64,000 bases of DNA, from the NCBI GenBank assembly GCA_963767925.1, contig CAVYGB010000010.1, positions 608,001 through 672,000 on the forward strand. Reading direction: 5' to 3'. Below, piece by piece: positions 21,623 to 33,483 of this stretch. The first letter of the stretch is position 1; each line of letters opens with the position of its first letter. The DNA comes from an uncultured delta proteobacterium (GTDB lineage: Bacteria; Myxococcota_A; Polyangia; Fen-1088). The notes under the pieces were generated by a model, which searched no databases, had not been told where the DNA came from, and worked only from the letters and a program-made list of their open reading frames with translations. A program made the position numbers and the translations under genes.

Positions 21623-24382
21623 ATGAAAAAGGTGTGCTCTTCGTTCCCTGCTCTTGCGGGGATCGTGGTGGGGCTCTCGGGGATCCTGGCGACCAGCGCC
21701 GCTTTTGCCCAGGTCGCAGGCAGCATCACCGGCACGGTGATCGACCAGACCGGCAACCCGCTGGGCGGGGTGAAGATCACCGCCCGTTCGGACACCCAGA
21801 TCGGCGGGGTCAAGACGACCTATACGCAGAGCGACGGCACCTTCCGGTTGCCCAGCCTGCAGCCCGGCGCCTTCGAGGTGCGGGCCACCGCCGCCAACAT
21901 GCAGGACGTCTTGCAGCGGCAGGTGCAGGTCAGCATCACCGCCTCGACCGACGTCACCCTCATCATGGAGGTGAAGGGGGCCACCGAATCGGTGCAGGTC
22001 ATCGAGAAGGCGCCGGTGGTCAACACCACCGCGGCCAACGTGCGCACGGTCTACGACCTGGAGTTCGTCGAGGCGCTGCCCATCGACGGCCTCGCCACCA
22101 AGGTCGAGCCCTTCGTCAACTCCAACACCCCCGGCGCCGGCGCCGGCGGCGACCGCTTCCGCGGCGGCAGCAACCGCCAGAACCAGTTCATGGTCGAGGG
22201 CTTCACCATGGGCAACCAGCGGTACACCATGAAGTCGCTGGCCACCATCGAGGCCCAGACCGCCGCCTACGGCGCGGAGAACGCCGCCGCCCAGGGCGCC
22301 GTCATCAACATGGTGACCAAGTCCGGCTCGAACCGCTTCGAGTTCGACGTGAGCGCGTTCTACGAGGACAGCCGCCTGTCGCCCTTCCGGAGCAACTTCG
22401 ATCGGGTAGCGCCGGTGACCCGCCTCAACATCAACCCGGGCGTCTCGGGGCCGATCATCAAGGACAAGCTCTGGTATTACCTCAACGTCGAGCTCCGGAA
22501 CGAGGGGCGCTCCTGGGATCCCGATCCCGCCGGCTTCATGCCCACCCTCGACTCCGAGGAGACCTACACCGGCCGGGGCAGCTTCAAGCTGACCTGGCAG
22601 ATCAGCCCCCGGCACAAGCTCTCGAGCTTCTCCATGTACAACCGGGAGAGCTGGGCCAACATGAGCGACGGCAACTACGAGCGGGAGAACGCCGCCCTCT
22701 ACAACTCGCCCCGCATGAGCGCGTTCACCAGCTTGACCTGGGAGGCGCTGCTGGCCGACACCCTGTTTTACCGGGCCCAGGCCGGCCTGCAGGGCAACGA
22801 GTCCCAGTATTTCCCGGAGAACTGCAGCACCGACCCGGGCTGTCGCGATGTGGCCCCCGTCGAGCAGACCGTCCCCCGGGTGGTACGCGGGCAGAACTAC
22901 GAGCAGCTCCTGTTCGAGCAGTTTCGCTTCTTCGAGGTGATCAACACCCTGGAGTGGTTCCCCCGCTGGACCCGCTTCGGCTCGCACGACCTCAAGCTGG
23001 TCTCCCGCTACCTGCAGAAGACCGAGACCTTCAAGAACACCGTCCCCGGCGACCGGAAGGTCTTCCTCAACGGGGGCCGCTTCGAGCGCGAGCAGGAGTT
23101 CTTCGCCAACGACCCCCGCCTGGACAACGAGACCCGCCACGGCTACTTCATCCGGGCGGCGGCCGGGACCCTGGTCATCAACTCGCTGTCCGACTCGGTC
23201 CGCCTGGGGCGCTTCGTGACGGTCAACGCCGGCCTGGCCCTCACCACCACGGTGAGCGACACCAACGCGGCCAAGGGCGGCATCTACATGAACGCGGTGA
23301 CGCCGCACCTGTCGACGGTGTGGGACGTCAGCCAGGACGGCCGCACCGTCCTGCGCGGCAGCTTCGCCAACTACGTCGACGCCGACGCCGTCCGCATCTC
23401 GCGCTACGCCCTCGGCGAGCAGGTCTCGCGCGAGTGTCGCTGGGACGACGCCACCTCCACCTTCAGCCGGGACTGCGAATACCGGGGCGGCGCCAGCAAG
23501 GCCACCTTCGGCCTGCCCTGTGGCCCCCAGGGCTACTGGCCCGACGGCACCCCCTGCGCCCAGGAGCTGAAGCTGCCCCGCATGTGGGAGTACACCTTCG
23601 GCTTCGAGCGCGAGCTGGTGCCCGGCGTCAGCCTGGGCGGCGACCTGGTCTACCGGCGCTTCACCCGCCCCTACGAGCTGCAGGAGACCAACCGGATCTG
23701 GAACGGCGGCGGCTCGGCCCTCGCCACGGTGGGCGGCTACCGCAACGGCCGCCCCGAGCAGATCCAGGACATCGAGACGCCCGAGGGCGCCGGCCGGCGC
23801 TACAAGGGGGTCACCGCGGTGGTGCGCAAGCGCGAGGGGCGCTTCAAGATCCAGATGGGCTACACCTGGAGCAAGCTCGACGGCAACGTCGACAACGGCG
23901 GGGACAACAACCTGTACGGGGACATCCCCGGGCGCGACGTCTACCTGTGGGGCCCCCTGCAGGACGACCACCGCCACGACATCCGCGGCTCGATGGTCTA
24001 CTCGATGACCAACTGGCTGTCCTTCGGGTCGACCTACAGCTACACCTCGGGCGCGCCCTACAGCCGCATCTACCGCAACCAGATCACCGGCCGCTCGGAG
24101 GACCTGCGGGCCCGGGTGGGCGTCGATCCGGGGACCAACATCAACGACCCGACCGACGACCGCGAGCTGCGGCTGCCCGACATCCAGCGCCTCAACCTGC
24201 GCCTGGCCGCCAACCTCAAGCCGGTCCTCGATCACAACCTCGAGCTGTCGCTCGACTTCCTCAACGTCCTCAACCTGCGCACCACCACCGCCGTCATCAC
24301 CGACAACGGTCCCAGCTTCGGGGCGCCCCGCACCGTGCTGGCCGCGACCCTGCTGCGCCTGGGCGTGCGCTACCGCTACTAG
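21623..24382 (+). CDS. TonB-dependent receptor, Oar-like, with N-terminal carboxypeptidase-regulatory-like domain
   Basis: Signal peptide AFAQ, GSITGTVIDQTG, INMVTKSGSN, GPIIKDKLW, C-terminal LGVRYRY. Confidence 0.9.
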   Translation: MKKVCSSFPALAGIVVGLSGILATSAAFAQVAGSITGTVIDQTGNPLGGVKITARSDTQIGGVKTTYTQSDGTFRLPSLQPGAFEVRATAANMQDVLQRQVQVSITASTDVTLIMEVKGATESVQVIEKAPVVNTTAANVRTVYDLEFVEALPIDGLATKVEPFVNSNTPGAGAGGDRFRGGSNRQNQFMVEGFTMGNQRYTMKSLATIEAQTAAYGAENAAAQGAVINMVTKSGSNRFEFDVSAFYEDSRLSPFRSNFDRVAPVTRLNINPGVSGPIIKDKLWYYLNVELRNEGRSWDPDPAGFMPTLDSEETYTGRGSFKLTWQISPRHKLSSFSMYNRESWANMSDGNYERENAALYNSPRMSAFTSLTWEALLADTLFYRAQAGLQGNESQYFPENCSTDPGCRDVAPVEQTVPRVVRGQNYEQLLFEQFRFFEVINTLEWFPRWTRFGSHDLKLVSRYLQKTETFKNTVPGDRKVFLNGGRFEREQEFFANDPRLDNETRHGYFIRAAAGTLVINSLSDSVRLGRFVTVNAGLALTTTVSDTNAAKGGIYMNAVTPHLSTVWDVSQDGRTVLRGSFANYVDADAVRISRYALGEQVSRECRWDDATSTFSRDCEYRGGASKATFGLPCGPQGYWPDGTPCAQELKLPRMWEYTFGFERELVPGVSLGGDLVYRRFTRPYELQETNRIWNGGGSALATVGGYRNGRPEQIQDIETPEGAGRRYKGVTAVVRKREGRFKIQMGYTWSKLDGNVDNGGDNNLYGDIPGRDVYLWGPLQDDHRHDIRGSMVYSMTNWLSFGSTYSYTSGAPYSRIYRNQITGRSEDLRARVGVDPGTNINDPTDDRELRLPDIQRLNLRLAANLKPVLDHNLELSLDFLNVLNLRTTTAVITDNGPSFGAPRTVLAATLLRLGVRYRY

Positions 24383-24384
24383 CA

Positions 24385-24420
24385 GCCCGAGCGCAGCGAG
24401 AGAACCCGGCTATTTTTCTG
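24385..24420 (+). repeat. Dispersed ~36-bp repeat, copy 1
   Basis: gcccgagcgcagcgagagaacccggctatttttctg; matches 47473-47507. Confidence 0.75.
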
Positions 24421-24452
24421 GAATAGTCTTTCAGCGCCCGGGAAGCTCGATG

Positions 24453-24488
24453 AGCCCACCGCGCCTCGGGGCGGTGGGCTTTGCATTT
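24453..24488 (+). terminator. Putative intrinsic terminator after the TonB receptor gene
   Basis: AGCCCACCGC-8nt-GCGGTGGGCT followed by TTGCATTT. Confidence 0.55.
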
Positions 24489-24519
24489 CGGGCCCGTTTC
24501 GTGATTGGCTGCCGGCTCG

Positions 24520-25314
24520 ATGTCTACCCAAGCGAACAAATACCTCACTGATCTGTTCGGCCTCGGCGGCAAGGTCGCGGTCGTCATCGGAGGCACCGGC
24601 GAGCTGTGCGGCGCCATGGCCGAAGGGCTGGCCGGCGCCGGCGCCGAGGTGGTGCTGGTCGGCCGCAACCAGGAGAAGGCCCAGGCCCGCCTGGACCGGA
24701 TCGCCGCCGCCGGCGGCAAGGCCTGGTTCCACTCGGCCGAGGCCACGAGCAAGGCCCAGCTCCAGGGCCTGCTCGACGAGACGCTCCGGCGCAGCGGCCG
24801 GGTCGACATCGTCGTCAACGGGGCGGGGGTCAACTCGGCCACCCCCTTCTTCGACATCACCGAGGAGGAGTTCGAGCGCATCGTGCGGGTCAACCTGACG
24901 GGCGTGTTCCTCGGCTGCCAGGTCTTCGGCAAGTACCTCGTCGATCGGGGCGAGGGCGGCTCGGTCATCAACCTCGGCTCGATGTCCGGGGTGGTGCCGC
25001 TGTCGCGCGTGTTCACCTATTCCGCCACCAAGGGCGCCGTGCACAACCTGTCGCTCAACCTGGCGCGCGAGTGGGCGCCCCACAAGGTGCGGGTCAACGT
25101 GCTGGTGCCGGGCTTCTTCCCCGCCGAGCAGAACCGCAAGATCCTGTCGCCCGACCGGGTGACGAACATCATGGGGCACACCCCCATGAAGCGCTTCGGC
25201 GAGGCCCGCGAGCTGATCGGCGCCACCTTGCTGCTGGCGAGCGACGCCGCCGGCTCCTTCGTCACCGGCGAGGAGCTGATCGTCGACGGCGGCTACCACG
25301 CCATGACGATCTGA
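24520..25314 (+). CDS. SDR oxidoreductase, sugar-acid dehydrogenase-like
   Basis: [32 protein letters not shown]. Confidence 0.9.
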   Translation: MSTQANKYLTDLFGLGGKVAVVIGGTGELCGAMAEGLAGAGAEVVLVGRNQEKAQARLDRIAAAGGKAWFHSAEATSKAQLQGLLDETLRRSGRVDIVVNGAGVNSATPFFDITEEEFERIVRVNLTGVFLGCQVFGKYLVDRGEGGSVINLGSMSGVVPLSRVFTYSATKGAVHNLSLNLAREWAPHKVRVNVLVPGFFPAEQNRKILSPDRVTNIMGHTPMKRFGEARELIGATLLLASDAAGSFVTGEELIVDGGYHAMTI

Positions 25315-25339
25315 GGGGCCGGGCGCGCCGGCCGGGCGG

Positions 25340-26674
<1,335 letters not shown>

Positions 26675-26854
26675 ACCTCACCCCACCGACCCCTCGGCCC
26701 TCCCCCCATCGACCCCGGCGGCTGGGAAGGCCAGCGTGGAGCCAGCGGGTGGAGACCAGCGGTGGACAGTGACGGCGCGCCCCGACAGCCGGGCGGACAC
26801 GCAGCCTTTGACCGCAGGCCCGCCCGGGGCGAAGATGGGCAGCAGGAACAACCG

Positions 26855-27751
26855 ATGGCGCTGGCGTTCGCGCGCTGCCCGCATGGTCGTCGTCTCGCCG
26901 CCCGGATCGCGGTGGGGCTGGCCGCCGCCGTGGCCGCCGCCACCTCGATCGCCGGGCCCGCCGGGGCGGCCCCCGCCGCCGAGGCCGAGCGGCGCGCGTC
27001 GGCCGTCCTGCTGCTCGAGCGGCCCACCCGCCTGCAGGCCGAGACGATCATCGGCGAATACGTGCTGCGCTGGCGGGCCCCCGCGCGCGTGATCTCCGCC
27101 CGCCCCGATCGGGTCCTGATCGACCTCGGCGACGCGCTCGGCATCCTGCGGCCCAGCCCCGACCCCGTCGCCGCCTGGGTGGCGGACAAGGCGGTGCGGG
27201 CCTCCTGGCAGTGGGCGGGGGCGGCGGCCGTGTCGCGCCGGCACCGGGCGCATCTGCAGATCGAGGTGCGCAGCCCGCGCGCCGACGCCGTGGCCAACGC
27301 CCGCCGGCTGACCGATCTCGTGGGGGCGGTGATCGCCGCCCAGCCGGTCCTCGCCGTGCTCTGGACCGACGCCGGCATGTTGCTGTCGCCGACAAAGTTC
27401 CTGGTCGACAGCGAGGCCACCGGCGGCAGCGGCATCCCCACCGAGCTGTGGCTCAACGTCCTGCCCGCCGCCCTGTCGCCCCACCTGCCGGTCATGCACA
27501 CCATGGGGCTCGGTCCCCTCGGCTTCCGCGAGCTGATCCTGTTCGGCCACCGGGCGGGGCCCGAGCGGGCGCACGCCACCCTCCTGCAGGTGGCCGAGCA
27601 GGTGCTACAGAGCCGGCTGATCTTGCGTCCGGGCGACACCTTCAAGACCAGCGATCGGGAGACGCTCGTGGTGCAGGAGATCCCGGCCCCCTGGAACAGC
27701 GGGGAGGTGGCCCTGCAGCTCACCCCTCGCCCCGGCACCCGCCGCCGCTGA
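26855..27751 (+). CDS. Exported protein, DUF4261-like
   Basis: Signal peptide; [31 protein letters not shown]. Confidence 0.6.
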   Translation: MALAFARCPHGRRLAARIAVGLAAAVAAATSIAGPAGAAPAAEAERRASAVLLLERPTRLQAETIIGEYVLRWRAPARVISARPDRVLIDLGDALGILRPSPDPVAAWVADKAVRASWQWAGAAAVSRRHRAHLQIEVRSPRADAVANARRLTDLVGAVIAAQPVLAVLWTDAGMLLSPTKFLVDSEATGGSGIPTELWLNVLPAALSPHLPVMHTMGLGPLGFRELILFGHRAGPERAHATLLQVAEQVLQSRLILRPGDTFKTSDRETLVVQEIPAPWNSGEVALQLTPRPGTRRR

Positions 27752-27780
27752 CCGCCCCGCCCCGTGTTAGCGTCGGGGCC

Positions 27781-28563
27781 GTGCCCGCCGCCGGTCCCCC
27801 GCGGTTCATCACCATCGGCTTCAGCCACTTCTGCGAGAAGGCCCGCTGGGCGCTCGATCGCGCGGGCGTCGCCTACCGGGAGGAGAGCCACGTGCCGATC
27901 CTGTCCTGGCGGGCCACCCTGCGCAGCGGCGGGCGCCGGACAGTCCCCTGCCTCGTCACCGGCCAGGGGGTGAAGGCCGACTCGACCGACATCCTGCGCT
28001 GGGTGGATGGCCAGGGCGGCGCCCCGCCCCTCTTCCCCGAGGGCGGCAGCGCCGAGTTGCGCGCCGAGGTGGCCGCCTGGGAGGACGAGCTCGACCGCCG
28101 GCTGGGCCCCGCCACCCGGCGGATGGCCTATTTCCACCTGCTCGACCAGCCCGAGACATTGCGCCGCCTGCTGGTCTCGGCCGGCGGCGGCTGGGAGGCC
28201 CGCCTGGGCCGGATGGCCTTCCCTCTGCTGCGGGCGGTGATCGTGCGCGGCCTCCGCGTCACCCGCGAGGGGGTCGAGCGCTCCGAGAAGACGCTCGCGG
28301 AGCTGTTCGCGCGGGTCGAGGCCCGCCTGGCCGACGGCCGGCCCTACCTGTGCGGCGACCGCTTCACCGCCGCCGACCTGACCTTCGCCGCCCTCGCCTC
28401 CCCGGTGGTCCTGCCGCCGGCCTTCGCCGCGCGGATGCCGATCGACCCGCCCCCCGGCGTGCGCGCGCTCGTCGACCGCCTGCGGGCCCGGCCAGCGGGG
28501 GCCTTCGCCCTGCGCCTGTACGAGCGCGAGCGCGACGCCCGCCCCGGCGCGCGGGCGGCCTGA
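27781..28563 (+). CDS. Glutathione S-transferase family
   Basis: SHFCEKARWAL, TVPCL, DSTDIL, YLCGDRFTAADL; start uncertain. Confidence 0.88.
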   Translation: MPAAGPPRFITIGFSHFCEKARWALDRAGVAYREESHVPILSWRATLRSGGRRTVPCLVTGQGVKADSTDILRWVDGQGGAPPLFPEGGSAELRAEVAAWEDELDRRLGPATRRMAYFHLLDQPETLRRLLVSAGGGWEARLGRMAFPLLRAVIVRGLRVTREGVERSEKTLAELFARVEARLADGRPYLCGDRFTAADLTFAALASPVVLPPAFAARMPIDPPPGVRALVDRLRARPAGAFALRLYERERDARPGARAA

Positions 28564-28604
28564 GCGGCCTGGCCCGGGGGACGGGCTGGGATAGACTGGG
28601 GCCC

Positions 28605-29435
28605 ATGACCTCCGGCGCTCCGTCGCCTCCCGGGCCGGGCGCCCCGGTCCCGCCCCTGCGCCGGACCGACGCCGTCCGCTACGTGTTGCCCCTGCGCGAG
28701 GGCGGCTCGCTGCCCGCCCTGGTCGAGGCCGACGACAAGCAGGTGTACGTGCTCAAGTTCCGGGGGGCCGGCCAGGGGCCCAAGGCGCTGGTCGCGGAGC
28801 TGCTCGGGGGACAGCTCGGTCACGCCGCCGGGTTGCCGGTGCCCGAGCTGGTGCTCGTCGACGTGGAGGCCGCCCTCGGCAAGACCGAGCCCGACTTCGA
28901 GATCCAGGCGCTGGTCACGGCGAGCACGGGCCTCAACCTGGCGCTCGCCTACCTGCCGGGCTCGGTGATGTTCGACCCGGCGGCCAGCCCCGAGCCGGAC
29001 GGCCTGCTGGCCTCGAAGATCGTCTGGCTCGACGCCTTCCTCAGCAACGTCGACCGCACCGCCCGCAACCCGAACCTGTTGCTCTGGCGACGCGCAATCT
29101 GGCTGATCGATCACGGGGCCGCCCTCTACTGGCACCACGACTGGGACCCCGCCCGCGACCGCACCGCCGACCCCTTCCCGCTGGTGCGCGACCACGTGCT
29201 CCTGCGCTGGGCGGACCGGATCGCCGAGGCCGACGCCGACCTCACCGCCCGGCTCGACGACGCCGTCCTGGCCGCGGCGGTGGCGCAGCTCCCCGACGAA
29301 TGGCTGGCCGGCCAGCCCCCCTTCGCCACCACCGCCGAACACCGGGCCGGCTACCTCGCCTACCTGCGCCGGCGGCGCGACAGCTCGGCCGCGTTCGTGA
29401 AGGAGGCGATCGATGCCCGCGCGCGCCGCCTTTGA
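28605..29435 (+). CDS. HipA-like kinase (HipA_2 type)
   Basis: LREGGSLP, YVLKFRGAGQG, NVDRTARNPN, LIDHGA. Confidence 0.88.
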   Translation: MTSGAPSPPGPGAPVPPLRRTDAVRYVLPLREGGSLPALVEADDKQVYVLKFRGAGQGPKALVAELLGGQLGHAAGLPVPELVLVDVEAALGKTEPDFEIQALVTASTGLNLALAYLPGSVMFDPAASPEPDGLLASKIVWLDAFLSNVDRTARNPNLLLWRRAIWLIDHGAALYWHHDWDPARDRTADPFPLVRDHVLLRWADRIAEADADLTARLDDAVLAAAVAQLPDEWLAGQPPFATTAEHRAGYLAYLRRRRDSSAAFVKEAIDARARRL

Positions 29436-29808
29436 TTACGCCCTGATCCGGCTGGTGCCGCGGGTCGAGCGGGAGGAGTTCCTCAACGTCGGCGCGGTCG
29501 TCCACTGCCGCACCCGCCGGTTCCTCGCGGCCCGCATCGAGCTCGACCGCGACCGCCTGCGGGCCCTGAGCAGCGGCCAGCTCGACCTCGACCTCATCGA
29601 GCAGCACCTGCGATCCATCCCCGCGGTCTGCGCCGGCGACCCGGCCGCCGGCCCGGTGGCGGCCCTGCCGATGCCCGAGCGGTTCCACTGGCTGGTCTCC
29701 CCGCGCAGCACGGTGGTGCAGACCTCGCCCGTGCACAGCGGCCTCACCGAGGACCCCGCCGCCGCGCTGGATCACCTGGTTCGCACGATGGTCCGCGCGC
29801 CCGCCTGA
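29413..29808 (+). CDS. DUF3037-like protein, partner of the HipA-like kinase
   Basis: YALIRLVPRVEREEFLNVG, RFHWLVSPRST, SPVHSG; overlaps the kinase 3' end. Confidence 0.88.
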   Translation: MPARAAFDYALIRLVPRVEREEFLNVGAVVHCRTRRFLAARIELDRDRLRALSSGQLDLDLIEQHLRSIPAVCAGDPAAGPVAALPMPERFHWLVSPRSTVVQTSPVHSGLTEDPAAALDHLVRTMVRAPA

Positions 29809-30033
29809 GGTGGCGTTCGCTCCGGCGGCTCGGCCGCTGCCGGTCAGGGATCGGCGCCCGTCCGGGCCGCCCGGTCGCCTCCGGCGTCGCGGGACGCCAG
29901 AAAAATCCTTGGCAGTCCCGACCTGTGTGGGCCTGGACCTGCCGCTCACCGCGACCTACCTTGAGCGTCACTCGGAGCCAGGTCCCACCCCGACCGCCAG
30001 CAACCCGGCAACCGCGTCAGATCCGGAGGACAC

Positions 30034-30513
30034 ATGTCAGAAGCCGCCCGTTCGTTCTGCCAGCTCGACCTGACCCCCGTTCTGGAAGACACCGCCACCG
30101 CGAGCTGGACGCTCGCGCTCCGAGAGCACACCTCACGCTGCGCCTGCTGCGCCCTCCGCCTCGGCGCCATCGAGCGCCTGCAGGTCCACATGCGCGCGCC
30201 GCTCGAGCGGCCCACCGCCGTGATGAACCACAGCCGCCGCCGCCGGCGCTCGGGCAAGCTGGTGCGGGTGGTGCTCGGACCGGTCGAGCGGACGGCCGCG
30301 CTGGCGGCGATGGCCCTGGTGGCCGCCTTCCTCGCCCTGGCGGTCGGGCGTGGCGTTGGGATGGCCTCCCAGACGATGTTGCGGATCCCCGGCGGCCTCC
30401 ACAGCGACGGTCCGACGATCGTGGTGGCCGCCCGGGCCGCCGAATCGAACGCCCGCCTGCTCGCCGGCAGCGGCAGCCCGTTCCCGCTCAGCCTGATGCC
30501 GCCCGTGCAGTAG
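30034..30513 (+). CDS. Membrane protein with HxxxCxxC (ZAS anti-sigma-like) motif
   Basis: GGAGG RBS; EHTSRCACC; single TM segment. Confidence 0.55.
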   Translation: MSEAARSFCQLDLTPVLEDTATASWTLALREHTSRCACCALRLGAIERLQVHMRAPLERPTAVMNHSRRRRRSGKLVRVVLGPVERTAALAAMALVAAFLALAVGRGVGMASQTMLRIPGGLHSDGPTIVVAARAAESNARLLAGSGSPFPLSLMPPVQ

Positions 30514-30659
30514 CGCCCCCGCCAGCCGGCGGGTCGCGCGCTCACGCCGGCGGAGGTGATCCCCGCCGACCGCCTGTACCCCGCCTGCCTGGAAGGGGCC
30601 TGCCCCGCGGTCCTGCCTGCTCGCGGGCGAATGTGTCGTGCCGCCCTGAGCGGTCGGGC

Positions 30660-32354
30660 TCAGCGCTGGACGCGGAACTGCACGTCGGTGAGGGCGCCCA
30701 GGCAGGCGGGCGCCGGCTTCTGGCCGGGGGCGTCGAGGAAGGGGGCCAGCAGGGCGCTGCCGCAGGGGGTGGGGAAGACGCCGTGGGAGACGCCCTTGAG
30801 CTCGAAGTAGTGGCCAGCGGGCAAGGTGCGCGCGGCGCGCTCGGCCCAGCTCGGGGGGGTGGCTGGATCCAGCGACCCGGCCAGCACGAGCGCCTCGATG
30901 CCGCTGGTCACCGGCTCGGTGATGGCGGCGGGTGAGGGGCGGACGTTCCAGATGCGGCAGTTCTCGAGGTAGCCCAGGGAGGCGCGCAGGAGGGGGCCCC
31001 GCAGCTCGGCCCCGAGGGCGGCGCCGCCCATGTCGATGGCCCCGCGCGAGGTGAACGGCAGGTAGTCGGCGCACATGACCGACAGGTGCAGGCCCATCGC
31101 CACCCCCCCGCCGGCCCCGCCGCCCGCCATCGACTGCACGAGCTGCAGGAGCAGCCGTTCGACGACGGTGTAGGTCTTGTCCCGAGCCTGGAAGACGATC
31201 TCGGGCAGCTCGGCGACGGTGGCGGGCGCGCGCAGGAGCAGCAGCGAGAGCTGCAGGAAAGTCTCGCCGTTGAGGGGGAGCAGGCCCCCCAGCAGGCGGG
31301 CCGGCTCCGCGTTCAGGCTGCCCACCACCTCGACGTAGACCCGGCCGAGGTCGGGATAGGCCTGCGCGCAGGCGGGCTGGGCGGCGCAGCCGGAGAAGAC
31401 CGCGTCGAGGACCCGCATGTTGTTCGGGCCGGCCTCTCCCAGCAGGTCGACGTCGGGCGGGTTGACCGAGTCGAGCAGGAGGGTGCGCAGCCCGGCCGGA
31501 TACCGCCGGGCCACCTCGAGGGCCAGCCGGGTGCCGTACGAGCCGCCCAGCAGGTTCCACTGCTGGTAGCCGAGGGCGCGGCGGACCTCCTCGACGTCCT
31601 CGGCGGCGGAGGCCGTCGTGTACTGGTTCAGGTCGACGCCGGCGGCGACCAGGCGCGCCCGGCACTGCCCCAGCGGGGTGGCGTTGATGTCCACGACCAT
31701 GCCCATCGGGGGCGGCATCATCCCCGGGGCGTTCGCCTCGGGACAGTCGAGCAACGGCAGCGACCGGCCGGTGCCGCGCTGATCGATCGACAGCACGTCG
31801 CGCCGGGCCAGGACGGCGGCGAGCGGGCCGGCGGGCATGCGGGTGAGCGCCACCGTGAAGTCGGTCCCGCCACCGCCCGGTCCCCCCTGCAGGAAGACCA
31901 GCGGGTCGGGGGCCGGGGTGGGGCTGTCGCTCTTGACGATCACGACCGCCAGTTCCACCCGGCGGGTCGAGCTGCCGTCACGGGCCTCGGGCACGCTGAC
32001 CGTCCCACAGCGGACGGCGCGGGTGGGGGCGGGGGAGAAGGCGCAGGGCTTCTCCACGAAGGCGGCTGCCCCGGGCAGGCCCGGCATCGCCGGGGCCGGC
32101 GGGGTGCCCGGCGTGCCCATGGGGCCGGGCATCCCGGGGGCGGGGGGCATCATCCCCGTGGGTGGGGTCATCGGGGCACCCGGCCCCAGCATGTTCCCCG
32201 GCCCCGGCGGAACCACCGCGGATTCGCCGCAGGCGGAGAGCGCCAGCGCCGGCAGGAGGGCAGCCAGCACGGCCAGCCGGGGCGCGCGTCGGAGCGATGA
32301 AGCCCCGATGGCGCGGGGGGAGCGGGGAGAGCGGATTGCCTCGGCAAGAACCAT
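30660..32354 (-). CDS. Lipoprotein alpha/beta hydrolase (TAP-like peptidase)
   Basis: Lipobox LSAC, LQGGPG, DQRGTG, GGSYGT, DPATP, SHGV. Confidence 0.88.
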   Translation of the reverse strand: MVLAEAIRSPRSPRAIGASSLRRAPRLAVLAALLPALALSACGESAVVPPGPGNMLGPGAPMTPPTGMMPPAPGMPGPMGTPGTPPAPAMPGLPGAAAFVEKPCAFSPAPTRAVRCGTVSVPEARDGSSTRRVELAVVIVKSDSPTPAPDPLVFLQGGPGGGGTDFTVALTRMPAGPLAAVLARRDVLSIDQRGTGRSLPLLDCPEANAPGMMPPPMGMVVDINATPLGQCRARLVAAGVDLNQYTTASAAEDVEEVRRALGYQQWNLLGGSYGTRLALEVARRYPAGLRTLLLDSVNPPDVDLLGEAGPNNMRVLDAVFSGCAAQPACAQAYPDLGRVYVEVVGSLNAEPARLLGGLLPLNGETFLQLSLLLLRAPATVAELPEIVFQARDKTYTVVERLLLQLVQSMAGGGAGGGVAMGLHLSVMCADYLPFTSRGAIDMGGAALGAELRGPLLRASLGYLENCRIWNVRPSPAAITEPVTSGIEALVLAGSLDPATPPSWAERAARTLPAGHYFELKGVSHGVFPTPCGSALLAPFLDAPGQKPAPACLGALTDVQFRVQR

Positions 32355-32476
32355 GGATTGACCTCCGTTAACGGGAGCGCGGACCCCCGGGACACCCGGG
32401 GCTACCGACCGAGACACCGCAGGGTGCCCCGCCCGGAAACTCGGAGAAGGTTCCCGAAAAACCCAGCCCGGCGCAC

Positions 32477-32530
32477 TCCCCCTGCCCGTTTGCCCTCTCC
32501 CCGCGGCCGTCCGGGGCCGTGGGGAGAGGG
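32477..32530. repeat. REP-like palindrome, CCCTCTCCCC/GGGGAGAGGG family, copy 2
   Basis: tccccctgcccgtttgccctctccccgcggcc...ggccgtggggagaggg. Confidence 0.75.
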
Positions 32531-32554
32531 CGATGGCGGGGTGACGGCGGGGTG

Positions 32555-33286
32555 TCGGAGGCAGGGCACGACCGCGAAGGCGCCGAGCACCGGGGGCGGG
32601 CTCGCGGGGTTGCAGGCACTGGCCGGCCTCGGCGGTCACCGGCGCGGCGCCCGCGGTCGACGAGAGGGTCACCTGGCCGCTCACGACCCGCAGGCCCTCG
32701 CCGTCGGCGTGTTCGCTCACCTCGAGCACGGGGGACTTCCCGGCGGCCCGGTGGATCAGCAGGCGGTAGCCCTCGTCCAGCAGGTGGGCCGGCGGCGGGG
32801 AGCCCATCCGCTCGAGCTCGCCGGCGACGCGGCCGAGCTGGAACATCAGGCCCAGGTCGAAGCGGGGCGCCAGGGCCAGGCGGGGCAGGCCCTCCGGGGT
32901 GGAGGTGAAGGTCGCGTCGAGCAGGCGGCCGTCCTGCGGGTTCAGGTTCAGCTCCACGACGCGCTGGCCCCCCACCTCGACGAAGCTGGCGCCGGGCCCG
33001 AGGCCGATCCCGCGCAGCGCGATCTCCTGCCCGGCGTGGTCGAGGGTCCCCTGCCCCGTCCGGGCCCCTCGCCCAGCAAGCGGGCGGCATAGCGGTCCAT
33101 GGGCGCCAGGGAGCCGCCGTCGACGGCCTGGCCAGCGCGGGCGGCGCTCTCGTAGATGGCGGCCACGCGGTCGGCGACGAGGGCGCTATCGGCCTCGGGA
33201 TCGAAGGGCGGGTCACAGGAGACGATCGAGCCTGTCGCGGTCAGGAAGAGGGCCAGGGTAGCAAGCGGTCGTCGGTGCGATGTCAT
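32555..33286 (-). pseudogene. Disrupted lipoprotein gene in three segments
   Basis: Lipobox segment IVSC (33286-~33060), frame change to GTLDHAGQEIALRGIGLG...AGQCL, second change to PVLGAFAVVPC. Confidence 0.55.
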
Positions 33287-33483
33287 GCGGATCGGCCGTC
33301 ATTCCGCTGACGGTGTCGCCCCGAGCGCGGGCGCCGTCGCGCCGGCCGCGCGGGCTGCGACGAGGGTTTCTCGTCGGAGACGGGCCGCCGAACGCGAGAG
33401 CGCGCGCTCTCGCGCGGGAAAAGATGATCCGAGAAACGACGGTTCTCTTGGTTGCGCTTTCGGTCTGCAGTACGCTAGCGGCC

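Noticed and set aside
30660..32975. 771-aa hydrolase with N-terminal extension
   Set aside because: Own RBS, ATG and lipoprotein signal at 32354; the extension crosses a REP element and belongs to a broken upstream gene
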